Below are positions 19,462 through 30,542 of a stretch of 64,000 bases of DNA, piece by piece (positions within the stretch are counted from its first letter, which is position 1; each line of letters opens with the position of its first letter). The notes under the pieces were generated by a model that did not search any database, was not told where the DNA came from, and was given only the letters and a program-made list of their open reading frames with translations. A program made the translations under genes and the position numbers. Source of the DNA: Alphaproteobacteria bacterium (GTDB taxonomy: Bacteria > Pseudomonadota > Alphaproteobacteria > UBA2966); assembly GCA_964291395.2 (NCBI GenBank), contig OZ219856.1:1984001-2048000 (forward strand), given 5' to 3'.

Positions 19462-20997
19462 CTAACCGAAGTCGGACCTGAGGCGCGTCTGTGCCGCGTC
19501 CAGGAACCGGCACAAAAGCGGGCGCGTGGCGCGCGGATCGATGACGTCTTCGACGGCGAAAGCCTGAGCAGTGAGAAATGGCGAAGCCAGTTCGCGGAAC
19601 TCTTCCTCCAGTTCAGCCTCCCGCTCCCTCGGGTCGGGCGCGGCCGCGATTTCTCGCCGGAAGGCCACGGCGACGCCCCCTTCGATCGGCAGCGAACCCC
19701 ACTCGGCGGACGGCCAGGCAACCTGGAAGTCCACGCCGTTCTTGTCGAACGGCACGGTGCCCGCGATGCCATAGCATTTGCGCACGATCACCGTGAGCAC
19801 CGGCACCCGTGCCTTCAGCAAGGCTGCCATGCTCTCGACGCCGTCACGGATCATCCCTCCCTCTTCCGCCTTGCGACCCACCAGGAAGCCCGGCGTGTCG
19901 ACGAAGAAGACGATGGGAATATGGAAGGTGTCGCAGAGCTTGATGAACTTGGTTTGCTTACGGGCGGACTTGGGATCGACGGCGCCCCCGTAGTAGGCAG
20001 GGTTGTGAGCGATGACCCCCACGGGGCGGCCCGAGAAGCGGGCGAGGAACGTAAAGACGGCACGGCCGAAGGTCGGCTGGATCTCGAATCCTGAGTCCCG
20101 GTCGATGACCAGCTCGACGAGACGGCGCATGTCGTAGGGCCGCCGCCTTTCCCGCGGAACGATCGACAGAAGCTCTTCCTCCGAGCGATCCGCGGGATCG
20201 TCATTGGCAACCTTCGGCGGAAGCTCGTGCACGTTCTGCGGCATGTAACCGAGGAACCGGCGGATCTGCTCGAAACTCTCGTCCTCGCTGTCGACGGCGT
20301 TGTCGACCGTGCCCGCGATATCGACCGCCACCTTGTAGCCCCCGAGGCTCTCTTTATCGATGTCCTCGCCGAGACCGCGTTCCGCGATCGAGGGACCCGC
20401 CACGAAGACGTGGCTGGTGCCCTTAACCATGACGGAGAAGTGGGTCAGCACTGCGCGTGCGGCGGGGCCACCGGCAGCCGAGCCTAGAACGGCGCCGATG
20501 ACCGGCACCGTGTCCATGAGATCGACGTTGCGCTCGAAGCCGTGCGATCCGGGGAGTACCGAGTACCCCCGCCGCTTGGCCGACGTGACCGACCCGCCGG
20601 CGCCATCCAGAAGGTTGATCAGAGGAATACGGTATTCATAGGCGAGATCTTCGACGAAGCCGCTCTGGCCGCCCTTGGAGCGGGCGCCGCTCCAGCTCGC
20701 GCCGCCCCGAATGGTGAAATCCTCGCCGCCGATGCAGACCTCGCGGCCGTCGACCCGCGCCAAACCCATGACGTAGGGTGCAGGCACAACCTTCTTGAGC
20801 TCTCCCTCCTCGTAGACGGCGTTTCCGGCGAGCTTGCCTACCTCGTGGAACGACCCGGGATCGGTCAGGCGGGCGATACGCTCGCGGACCGTCCGCCGTC
20901 CCTGGTTGTGCAGACGATCGATGTTTTCGCGGCCGCCGAGCTCCTCCGCCCACGCATGACGCCGATTGAGTTCCTCGACCTCGCGCTCCCAACTCAC
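19462..20997 (-). CDS. Acyl-CoA carboxylase carboxyltransferase (beta) subunit
   Basis: RERI..L.D.GSF.E, EDFTIRGG, AAGG, FVDTPGF, AWPSAE, DVIDPRATR; start uncertain (GTG 20997). Confidence 0.88.
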   Translation of the reverse strand: MSWEREVEELNRRHAWAEELGGRENIDRLHNQGRRTVRERIARLTDPGSFHEVGKLAGNAVYEEGELKKVVPAPYVMGLARVDGREVCIGGEDFTIRGGASWSGARSKGGQSGFVEDLAYEYRIPLINLLDGAGGSVTSAKRRGYSVLPGSHGFERNVDLMDTVPVIGAVLGSAAGGPAARAVLTHFSVMVKGTSHVFVAGPSIAERGLGEDIDKESLGGYKVAVDIAGTVDNAVDSEDESFEQIRRFLGYMPQNVHELPPKVANDDPADRSEEELLSIVPRERRRPYDMRRLVELVIDRDSGFEIQPTFGRAVFTFLARFSGRPVGVIAHNPAYYGGAVDPKSARKQTKFIKLCDTFHIPIVFFVDTPGFLVGRKAEEGGMIRDGVESMAALLKARVPVLTVIVRKCYGIAGTVPFDKNGVDFQVAWPSAEWGSLPIEGGVAVAFRREIAAAPDPREREAELEEEFRELASPFLTAQAFAVEDVIDPRATRPLLCRFLDAAQTRLRSDFG

Positions 20998-21200
20998 GAG
21001 CACCGCTCCCGCTGAATTTTCATCGTCCGGGACAGGCCATGCCCCGACCGAATCACGATGTCGCGGTCGACCAACCCTGTCAACTTGCGTGCCGGATGCC
21101 GAGTGCGGCAGTCTTCGAAGCAATCCTGATCGGATTCGCTTGAACGGGCCCCGGCCTACCGCGCGACGGGTGAGTGTCGCGCTGGCGATGGAGAAATCGA

Positions 21201-21860
21201 ATGACGTTGAAGCTGCGCTACAACCCGATGTCGCCGTACATCCGCAAAGTCGTCGTGATGATCAGCGAAACGGGCCTGGAGGACCGGGTCCAACGGGTAC
21301 TCACCCATCCGTGGACCGAGAACACCGACATCGGCACCGTCAACCCGCTGGGCAAGGTGCCGGCGCTCGAACTCGAAGATGGGACGAGCCTCTATGACAG
21401 CTTCGTCATCTGCGACTATCTCGACAGCTTGCATGACGGACCGAAGATGATTCCGGCGTCGGGGATGGAGCGCTGGATCGTTCTCCGGCGACACGCGCTC
21501 GGTCTCGGCATAACGGACGCCGCGGCACTTCATTTGTTCGAGCATCGGCGCCAAGCTGGCCAGCGGTCCCCCGGCTGGATCGAGCGCCAGTGGCGGGCGG
21601 TCACGCGGGGACTGGACCAAGTGGAACGCGAAGTCGATGACTTCGACGAACGGCTCGACCTCGGCCAGATCGGCATCGCTTGCGCCATCGGCATCATTGA
21701 CTTCCGCAATCCCGATTGCGGCTGGCGCGAAACCCGACCGAACCTGTCCGCCTGGTGGGACCGGCTGATGAAACGGCCCTCGTTTGCCGACACCGTGCCA
21801 TACGACTGGGTGCCCGCAGACCATGGCGGTCTCAACGTCTGGATCGACAAGGTCGCCTGA
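21201..21860 (+). CDS. Glutathione S-transferase family protein
   Basis: SPYIRKV, NPLGKVPAL, LYDSFVICDYLD. Confidence 0.9.
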   Translation: MTLKLRYNPMSPYIRKVVVMISETGLEDRVQRVLTHPWTENTDIGTVNPLGKVPALELEDGTSLYDSFVICDYLDSLHDGPKMIPASGMERWIVLRRHALGLGITDAAALHLFEHRRQAGQRSPGWIERQWRAVTRGLDQVEREVDDFDERLDLGQIGIACAIGIIDFRNPDCGWRETRPNLSAWWDRLMKRPSFADTVPYDWVPADHGGLNVWIDKVA

Positions 21861-21869
21861 GATCGAATC

Positions 21870-22859
21870 GTGCTGAATACCGCCATCATCGGCCTCGGGC
21901 GCTGGGGTCAACGCTTGGTCGACTCGGTGCAGGACGCGGGATGCCCTAAAGGGGATTTGATCCGGTTCACCCGCGCCGTAACCCGCACGCCCGCAAAGGC
22001 CACGGACTTCGCGGAACGTCACGGCATGCAGCTGGGCAGCCACTATGCGGCGGCACTGGCGGACCCCGCGATCGCCGCCGTGGCGATCGCCACGCCGCAC
22101 ACACAGCATGCGGAACAGATCGAACTGGCCGCGGCGGCGGGGAAACACGTTTTCGTGGAGAAACCGTTTACGCTCACGGCCGAGAGCGCGCGGCAATCCG
22201 TTGCGGCGTGCGACACGGCGGACGTGGTTCTGGCGCTCGGTCACAACCGACGTTTCTTCCCGTCCATGTTCGCGCTGAAGGAGATGATCGAGTCGGGCGA
22301 ACTCGGCCGGGTGTTGCATCTCGAGGGCCAGTTCTCGTCGTCGTACGGTCTCGAGCTGACACCGGAAATCTGGCGCTCCGAGAGCGCTGAAAGCCCGGCG
22401 GGCGGCATGACGTCACTCGGCATCCACTGCATCGACGCCTTCATTCACCTCAACGGTCCCATCTCTCGGGTCCAGGCCCGTAGCCTCAAACAGGCATTGA
22501 CGGTCGAGTCGAACGATACGACGGCGATGCTGCTGTGTTTCGCCAACGGGACCACCGGCCTGCTCGGCACGCTGACAGCCACCGCGCGCCTGTTCCGCCT
22601 CCAGGTATTCGGTACCAAGGGCTGGGCGCGTATCGACGAAGACGGGTCGATGACCGTGCGTGGGGTCGACAAGTGTCCGGAAACGCGCGAATTCGAGAAG
22701 CGCGACACATGCCGGTCGGAGCTCGAAGCTTTCGCCATCGCGGTCGCGGGTGGCGACCCCTACCCGCTGCCGACCGATCAGGCGATCCACGGCATCGCCG
22801 TCCTCGAGGCGATCGTCCAGTCGGCGGCCAACGACGGCGCGGCCGTCGATCTTGAGTAG
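21870..22859 (+). CDS. Gfo/Idh/MocA family oxidoreductase
   Basis: GLGRWG, IATPH, GKHVFVEKP, GHNRRF, GIHCID. Confidence 0.92.
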   Translation: MLNTAIIGLGRWGQRLVDSVQDAGCPKGDLIRFTRAVTRTPAKATDFAERHGMQLGSHYAAALADPAIAAVAIATPHTQHAEQIELAAAAGKHVFVEKPFTLTAESARQSVAACDTADVVLALGHNRRFFPSMFALKEMIESGELGRVLHLEGQFSSSYGLELTPEIWRSESAESPAGGMTSLGIHCIDAFIHLNGPISRVQARSLKQALTVESNDTTAMLLCFANGTTGLLGTLTATARLFRLQVFGTKGWARIDEDGSMTVRGVDKCPETREFEKRDTCRSELEAFAIAVAGGDPYPLPTDQAIHGIAVLEAIVQSAANDGAAVDLE

Positions 22860-22970
22860 ACGTAACCCGCTTGCACCCATCCCGGGCCCGTGAGACGATC
22901 GTTTCGCCCATCGGACCATGACGGCAGGCTCTGCGCTGCTGCCGGTCCGCTCGCTCCAAAAGGTGCCGTC

Positions 22971-23789
22971 ATGCGGAAGCCCCTCCTGACCCTCCTCCTC
23001 TCGATCGTCCTGGGATCCCTGGCGCCGGCCGCGCATGCCGCGCCTCAGGTTCTGGGCCTCATCGCCAGCGCGACCCCGGTGCCGTTGATCTGCCGCGGCG
23101 AAACCTGTTCCGCGGAACTCACCACGTTCTGCCTCCAGGAATGGCGGCCGACGCCTGAACTCGGCACCACTTACACGCCCTATGGCGGCGACGGCGTGAC
23201 CCTGGTCGGCCACCGGGCCGACGGGTCGGGCGCCACGCTTGATGCCGAGGACCTCGAGTTCGTGACGCTCGGCGGCTTCACGTCGATCTACGTGGAACTC
23301 CCCCGGCACATCCTTGACGAAGGCGGATTCGAATCGGCGAGTCTTGCCGTGGGACCCCTGGTGTCCTTGCTGCCCGTGCCCATCCCCGACGATCCCGACC
23401 CCCAGACGGAGCTCGATATCCAGATCGCTACCGGCCCCCTGCGTGAGGTCGGCGCGAAGATCCTGCACGAGGGAGACGAGCGCATCGCCGCGGCGGGCGT
23501 CATCAACCGGGTGATCATGCTCCTTCCCGATGCGAAAAAGGACACCTTGGCCGAGGCGGACGGCGGCTGGCGGCAGATCGCGGCGGAGCTCCCGCAGGTT
23601 CAAGATGACGCGCGGGTGAAGGAACTGGCCCAGCGCGAGTATGCAGCCTGCCACGCCGAAACCGGGTCCGCGCACATGAACCACCACTACCGCCTCTTAC
23701 GCATGGGCGACTGCCTATCGTCCCGCCACGACGTCCTGATACTGCCGAAGGCCGAGCAATATTGGGCAACGGTCGACGTGGGAAGCTGA
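22971..23789 (+). CDS. Hypothetical secreted Cys-containing protein
   Basis: Signal peptide MRKPLLTLLLSIVLGSLAPAAHA; coding-like codon usage; no recognisable family. Confidence 0.7.
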   Translation: MRKPLLTLLLSIVLGSLAPAAHAAPQVLGLIASATPVPLICRGETCSAELTTFCLQEWRPTPELGTTYTPYGGDGVTLVGHRADGSGATLDAEDLEFVTLGGFTSIYVELPRHILDEGGFESASLAVGPLVSLLPVPIPDDPDPQTELDIQIATGPLREVGAKILHEGDERIAAAGVINRVIMLLPDAKKDTLAEADGGWRQIAAELPQVQDDARVKELAQREYAACHAETGSAHMNHHYRLLRMGDCLSSRHDVLILPKAEQYWATVDVGS

Positions 23790-23883
23790 TGCGGTTCCCG
23801 TCAAACCGGAACCGCTCTCCAGGCATTGCACGTAGCTTACCAGGCTGCCGCGAAGAATACGGCCCGAAAGGAGGGTGACCCCG

Positions 23884-24396
23884 ATGAGTCAGCAGGAATT
23901 TCTCCCCTACGCCGAGAACATGGAGGACTACAGCGCCAAACTTCGCGCCGCTCAGAACGACAGCCAGGCACCCCAATTCTTCAGGCTGACAGCGCGCCTG
24001 CCCGAGAAAGGCAACACCGACACCATTCTGGCCGCGACCAAGCGTTCGTGGGTCGTCATCAAGACCTACGCCGAGGGCGGTGAGAATGCGATCCATGCGC
24101 ACCCCAACGACGAGCATACGTTCGTCATTCTTCAGGGGCGGGCAGATTTCATCGGACCCAATGAGGAACGGCGGTCGTGCGAGAAGTATGAAGGCGTCAT
24201 CATGCCGGCCGGCACTTACTACCGCTTCGAATCAGTCGGCGATGAGCCGCTGGTCATGATACGCATGGGGTTCGTCATCGACCCGGAACAGGACCCTCTC
24301 GGGCGGGTCAAGGCCGACGGCTCGGACTTCGATGCCTACACCACCGAGAACAAGTCGGACACGGTGGTGCTGTCCGAAGCAGCTATCTTTCCCTAG
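23884..24396 (+). CDS. Cupin domain protein
   Basis: GGENAIHAHPNDEHTFVILQG cupin motif 1; MPAGTYYRF motif 2; GGAGG upstream. Confidence 0.8.
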   Translation: MSQQEFLPYAENMEDYSAKLRAAQNDSQAPQFFRLTARLPEKGNTDTILAATKRSWVVIKTYAEGGENAIHAHPNDEHTFVILQGRADFIGPNEERRSCEKYEGVIMPAGTYYRFESVGDEPLVMIRMGFVIDPEQDPLGRVKADGSDFDAYTTENKSDTVVLSEAAIFP

Positions 24397-24498
24397 GTCG
24401 AGCCGGTCTTTCCACAAGATCCTCGTCGTCACCGCACCGTTCGGATCACCCAGCTGCCATAGACGGCCTGCGTTCGTACTTGACTAGAAAATGAACCC

Positions 24499-26127
<1,629 letters not shown>

Positions 26128-26320
26128 GACGCCCGATCCGCGCCAGGCAACGTCGCGACCGGATACCTGAGACGCCCGAGATCCCGGCGGGCTGCTTTGC
26201 CCTCCCTACGGCGGTTCAAGCTTACGTTCAACCGCCGTGGTAACGATACTCCATTGCAATCAAACAGAAGATTCAGATGGTGAAGCAACCAGTCTTCTGC
26301 GAACTCGGCTCCGTAGCCAA

Positions 26321-26492
26321 TTCCCAGTTTAACAGGGAGAATACAGGGAAATTTTCCCATTTGCAGGGATTCAGAAGCCTTTCCGTATTCGGAACATGGC
26401 AGAATCTCTAGTGTTTTCGGCTCAATTCCCTACACCCTGTTACAGAGAATCAATTCGAACGATCAGGGATTTATTTCGGGAGAACAGGGAAA
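26321..26492. repeat. Phased array of CAGGGA-core repeats in an AT-rich spacer
   Basis: CAGGGA at 26333, 26344, 26364, 26464 and 26485, CAGAGA at 26443; inverted TTCCC/CCCTG copies near 26321, 26426 and 26435. Confidence 0.7.
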
Positions 26493-26635
26493 CCCGCTGG
26501 TTCACGGTGCGCAATTCGTAAGGGCGAACAGAATAGCCACGAGCGCCACTATGAGAGATATTCTCATACGAGTTTCCAGACGATGCCTCTGTCTGCCACG
26601 TAGTTGCTCTTCGAGGATTCGCAAGGCTTTCCCAG

Positions 26636-27373
26636 ATGCACACCGATTTCAGCGGCCGCAACGCCTTCGTGACCGGCGCGGGCGGCGGCATGGGGCTTCA
26701 GATCGCGCGCGACCTGATCGATGCCGGCGCGCAAGCCACGCTCTTCGACGTGAAGCCCGCGCCGGGAGATCTTCCTGCCGGCGCCCGTTACGTCCGGGCG
26801 GACCTGCGCTCCGAAGAGGCCGTTGCCCGGGCGCTCGCCGCAAGCTTCGAGGACGCGGGCCGGCTCGACTATCTGGTGAATGCCGCGGGTGTTCTCTGGC
26901 TCGACCGCGACCGCTCCCTAGTCGATATCGATCTCGGCGTCTGGGACGATGTATTCGCGATCAACCTCAAGGGTGCGGCGTTGTGCGCCCGCCACGCCGT
27001 GCCCCTGATGAGGCAGTCAGGCGGAGGCGCGATGGTACACGTCTCCACCATCCAGTGTATGCGCGGCGACGATGCGCCCCAGGACGCCTACCAGGCGTCG
27101 AAGGCCGGCCTGATCGCGCTGTCGAAGTCGATCGCGATCCAATTCGCAGCCGATGGCATCCGCTCCAACACTATCCTGCCGGGTCCCACGCAGACATCGA
27201 TCTGGATCGACAATCCGGCACTCAAGGAGGCAACGACCGCGGCGGTGCCCTTGGGCCGTGTCGGCACCCCTCGAGACATGTCGAACGCCGTGCTCTTCCT
27301 ACTCTCGGACGCCGCCTCGTTCATCACCGGGACCGAGCTGATCGTCGACGGCGGGGTCTTGGCGAAGCCTTAG
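26636..27373 (+). CDS. Short-chain dehydrogenase/reductase
   Basis: TGAGGGMG, NAAG, YQASK, ITGTELIVDGG. Confidence 0.92.
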   Translation: MHTDFSGRNAFVTGAGGGMGLQIARDLIDAGAQATLFDVKPAPGDLPAGARYVRADLRSEEAVARALAASFEDAGRLDYLVNAAGVLWLDRDRSLVDIDLGVWDDVFAINLKGAALCARHAVPLMRQSGGGAMVHVSTIQCMRGDDAPQDAYQASKAGLIALSKSIAIQFAADGIRSNTILPGPTQTSIWIDNPALKEATTAAVPLGRVGTPRDMSNAVLFLLSDAASFITGTELIVDGGVLAKP

Positions 27374-27388
27374 CAGGCTGCTGAAATA
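27371..27388. mobile_element. Possible isolated IS (IS1182/IS5-like) terminal inverted repeat
   Basis: TAGCAGGCTGCTGAAATA at the SDR stop resembles CAGGCTG(C/T)TGAAA IS ends; no partner end or transposase seen. Confidence 0.3.
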
Positions 27389-27439
27389 CCGCCTGTCATT
27401 CCATGCAGAGGAAGCTGGTCTAACTCCCAAGCACCGGCG

Positions 27440-27529
27440 TGGCGCAACGACAAACGTCGTGCCAAGTCTGAATTCTAGGTCGAGGTCTTCGTAGGATCTC
27501 CAGTTGCGGAGGCGGAGTCCGTTAATCAT
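27440..27529 (-). pseudogene. N-terminal remnant of an SMC/SbcC-like AAA ATPase
   Basis: MINGLRLRNWRSYEDLDLEFRLGTTFVVAP matches the Rad50/SbcC N-terminal pattern and breaks where the Walker A (NGxGK) should start; ATGA overlap with an upstream 21-aa ORF tail. Confidence 0.55.
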
Positions 27530-27616
27530 GCAGCCATCCTGACGAGCTCATCCACGCACGACTCGTCCGAGGGTTGGACGTGCCGTGCCATAAAGAGACT
27601 GCTTCACCGGGGTGGT

Positions 27617-27694
27617 TGGTGACCCCAACGGGATTCGAACCCGTGTCTCGACCTTGAAAGGGTCGTGTCCTGGACCTGACTAGACGATGGGGTC
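27617..27694 (-). tRNA. tRNA-Glu (anticodon TTC)
   Basis: Minus strand GACCCCA...CGACC-CT-TTC-AA-GGTCG...GGTTCGAATCC...TGGGGTC-A-CCA; all stems pair and CCA is encoded. Confidence 0.96.
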
Positions 27695-27749
27695 ACGCCG
27701 GCCCCTCATCTAGACGCTGGGACTTGCGAAATCAAGGCGGTTGACGCGG

Positions 27750-29543
27750 TCACACAGGCTCGGCGGCATCCTCGACGATAAGCTGGGCGTCGCGGCGGCC
27801 TTGCCATTCGTCGGCCCGCAGGTGCCCCGCGACATGGAGTTCGGTCCCCACCGACCCCAACAGCGCCTCGCCCAGCGCGTCGCCAGCGCGGCGGAAGGCG
27901 ATGGTCTTGAGCCGACCACCATCGGCGCCCGCCAGGATGCAGCGGACGTGGTCGGACCCTACGATGTCCGCCTTGACGACGCGCGCATCCGCCACGGCGA
28001 ACCGTGGTTCTTCGTTCCCGGATCCGTACGGCCCCGCCTGCTCCAACAGATCCACCAACCCCGCTGTCGCGGCAGCGACACTGAGCGCGCCGTCGAACCC
28101 CATCGAAGGCGCATCGGACGCCGTCGATCCCTGCGCCGCGAGACGACTGACCAGGAATTCCTCCAGCGCCGGGATCTTGTCGGCCTCCACGGTCAATCCC
28201 GCGGCCATCGGATGGCCGCCGCCGTTGACGAGCAGACCCTCCTGACGGGCGGCGATGACGGCCGCACCGAGATCGACACCGCGGACCGACCGGCCTGACC
28301 CCTTTCCCACGCCGTCCGAAATGGCGATGACGAAGGTCGGGCGGCGATACCGCTCGGTCAGCCGGCTTGCGACGATTCCGATAACACCCGGGTGCCAGCC
28401 TTCCTTCGCGACGACGAGCACCGGTCGTTCCGCGCCGGCGGCCTCGGCCAGAATCTTCGCATCCTCGAGCACGAGCGCCTCGACAGTCTTGCGTTCGGCA
28501 TTGTGGCGATCCAACTCTGCCGCCATACGTTCGGCGACAACCGCGTCATCTTCGCCGAGAAGACGCGCGCCGAGGTCGGCCTTGCCGACGCGCCCCCCGG
28601 CGTTGACCCGCGGACCCAAAACGAAGCCGACATGGTACGTCCCCGCCCGCTGACGGAGTCCGGCGACGTCCGCCAGAGCCACGAGGCCCGCGTTGGTCCG
28701 AGAAGCCATAACCTTGAGTCCCTGCACTACCAGCGCCCGGTTCAGCCCGAGCAGCGGTACGGCATCGCAAACCGTACCCAGTGCGACGAGGTCCAGCCAC
28801 CGCCGAAGATCCGGTTCCTCCCGGCCGGACCCCCCTTTCGCGTACCAGCCCGCGCCGCGCAAGGCCCGATTGACGGCCACGGCGAGCAGGAACGCCACGC
28901 CGACGGCAGCGAGGTGGCCAAACTCGCCGCTCTCGTCCAATCGGTTGGGGTTGACGATCGCCAGTGCCTGGGGGAGACCCGCCTCGGGAGCGTGATGATC
29001 CACCACCACGACATCGAGACCGACGGCTCGGGCTTCTCTCAAGGCCTCGTGGGCAGTGGTCCCGCAGTCCACCGTGATCACGACCTTGACGCCCCGCTTC
29101 GCCAAACGCCGCAGGGCAGACACATTGGGACCATAGCCTTCGGCGATGCGATCAGGGATGTAGATCCGGACATCGGTGCCAACCGCACGGAAGAACCGAA
29201 CCAGAAGGGCCGTAGAGGTGGCGCCGTCTACGTCATAGTCGCCAAAGACGGCGATAGGCTGGCCCTGCCGCACCGCCGCGGCGATTCGCTCACTCGCCGT
29301 ATCCATGTCCTGAAGGCGCGAGGGATCGGGGAGCAGGCTCTTGAGCGTGGGATTGAGATAGTCTCGGCCCGACTCGGGAGTCACGCCCCTGCCCGCCAGC
29401 ACGCGGCCCACCACGTCAGGCACCTGCAACGACCGGCAGAGCGCGATGGCGGTGGCATCGTCGACGACCCGTGAGCGCCAAAAGCGACCGGTGAACGAGC
29501 GCTCGATGCCGAGAAAAGGGGATTGGGCAGGGTTTTCGGTCAC
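27750..29543 (-). CDS. recJ: Single-stranded DNA exonuclease RecJ
   Basis: GDYDVDG, TVDCG, VDHH, LGTVCD, GPRVNAGGR, GGGHPMAAG. Confidence 0.97.
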   Translation of the reverse strand: MTENPAQSPFLGIERSFTGRFWRSRVVDDATAIALCRSLQVPDVVGRVLAGRGVTPESGRDYLNPTLKSLLPDPSRLQDMDTASERIAAAVRQGQPIAVFGDYDVDGATSTALLVRFFRAVGTDVRIYIPDRIAEGYGPNVSALRRLAKRGVKVVITVDCGTTAHEALREARAVGLDVVVVDHHAPEAGLPQALAIVNPNRLDESGEFGHLAAVGVAFLLAVAVNRALRGAGWYAKGGSGREEPDLRRWLDLVALGTVCDAVPLLGLNRALVVQGLKVMASRTNAGLVALADVAGLRQRAGTYHVGFVLGPRVNAGGRVGKADLGARLLGEDDAVVAERMAAELDRHNAERKTVEALVLEDAKILAEAAGAERPVLVVAKEGWHPGVIGIVASRLTERYRRPTFVIAISDGVGKGSGRSVRGVDLGAAVIAARQEGLLVNGGGHPMAAGLTVEADKIPALEEFLVSRLAAQGSTASDAPSMGFDGALSVAAATAGLVDLLEQAGPYGSGNEEPRFAVADARVVKADIVGSDHVRCILAGADGGRLKTIAFRRAGDALGEALLGSVGTELHVAGHLRADEWQGRRDAQLIVEDAAEPV

Positions 29544-29551
29544 ACAGGCGC

Positions 29552-30535
29552 TTAGACGTCGTCGATGAACGGGGATTTCGTGAGGTCGCGGCGCGATCGC
29601 ACCCAGCGCATGGTGCCGGTACGCGAGCGCATCACCAGGGAATGGGTCGTGGCGAGGCTGCCTTCGCGGCGCACCCCGTCGAGCATGTTACCGTCGGTGA
29701 CGCCCGTCGCCGCGAATATGACATCGCCCCGCGCCAGATCGTCGAGCTCGTACCTCCGATTTAAATCCTCGATCCCCAGGGCATGGGCACGCGAACGTTC
29801 GTCGTCACCGCGAAACACGAGACGAGCCTGCATCTGACCCCCGACGCAGCGCAGCGCCGCCGCGGCCAGAACCCCCTGGGGGGCGCCCCCGATCCCGAGG
29901 TAGATATCGATTCCGCTCGCCGGCGTCGAGGTAGCGATCACCCCCGCCACGTCGCCATCGGGAATCAGGCGGATGCGCGCTCCGGCCTCCCGGACCTCGG
30001 CGATGATCTCCTCATGCCGCGGCCGGTTGAGGATACAGGCGACGATGTCGGACGTGTCCACGCCCCGGGCACCGGCGAGCGAACGGATGACATCGGCCGG
30101 CGCCTCACCCAGATCGATGAGCCCGAGAGGCAGGCCCCCGCCGACCGCGAGCTTGTTCATGTAAACGTCGGGCGCATGGAGCAAACCGCCCGGCTCGGAG
30201 AAGGCGACGACGGACATTGCGTTTGCACCGCCGGTCGCAGCAATAGTGGCGCCTTCGAGAGGATCCACGGCGATATCGACGTTCGGCCCGTCCCCGCTGC
30301 CCACTTTTTCACCGATGAACAGCATCGGGGCGTCGTCCCGTTCGCCCTCGCCGATCACCACGGTGCCGTCGACGGCCACGCGGTTGAGCGTCTTGCGCAT
30401 GGCCTCCGTCGCAACTTGGTCCGCTTGGCGCTCGTCACCTTTGCCCACCAGTTCCGCCGCGGCGATCGCCGCAGCCTCGGACGCGCGGAGCGCCTCAATC
30501 GTCAGGTGCCGGTCCAGCGAGTCCTGTTCCGTCAT
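29552..30535 (-). CDS. glpX: Class II fructose-1,6-bisphosphatase
   Basis: GTVVIGEGERDDAPML, DIAVDPLEG, APDVYM, DGDV, FAATGVTDG. Confidence 0.96.
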   Translation of the reverse strand: MTEQDSLDRHLTIEALRASEAAAIAAAELVGKGDERQADQVATEAMRKTLNRVAVDGTVVIGEGERDDAPMLFIGEKVGSGDGPNVDIAVDPLEGATIAATGGANAMSVVAFSEPGGLLHAPDVYMNKLAVGGGLPLGLIDLGEAPADVIRSLAGARGVDTSDIVACILNRPRHEEIIAEVREAGARIRLIPDGDVAGVIATSTPASGIDIYLGIGGAPQGVLAAAALRCVGGQMQARLVFRGDDERSRAHALGIEDLNRRYELDDLARGDVIFAATGVTDGNMLDGVRREGSLATTHSLVMRSRTGTMRWVRSRRDLTKSPFIDDV

Positions 30536-30542
30536 CGGCGAG

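Noticed and set aside
26321-26492. CRISPR array
   Set aside because: Repeats are only 6-10 bp with 11-21 bp periodicity, and there are no cas genes.
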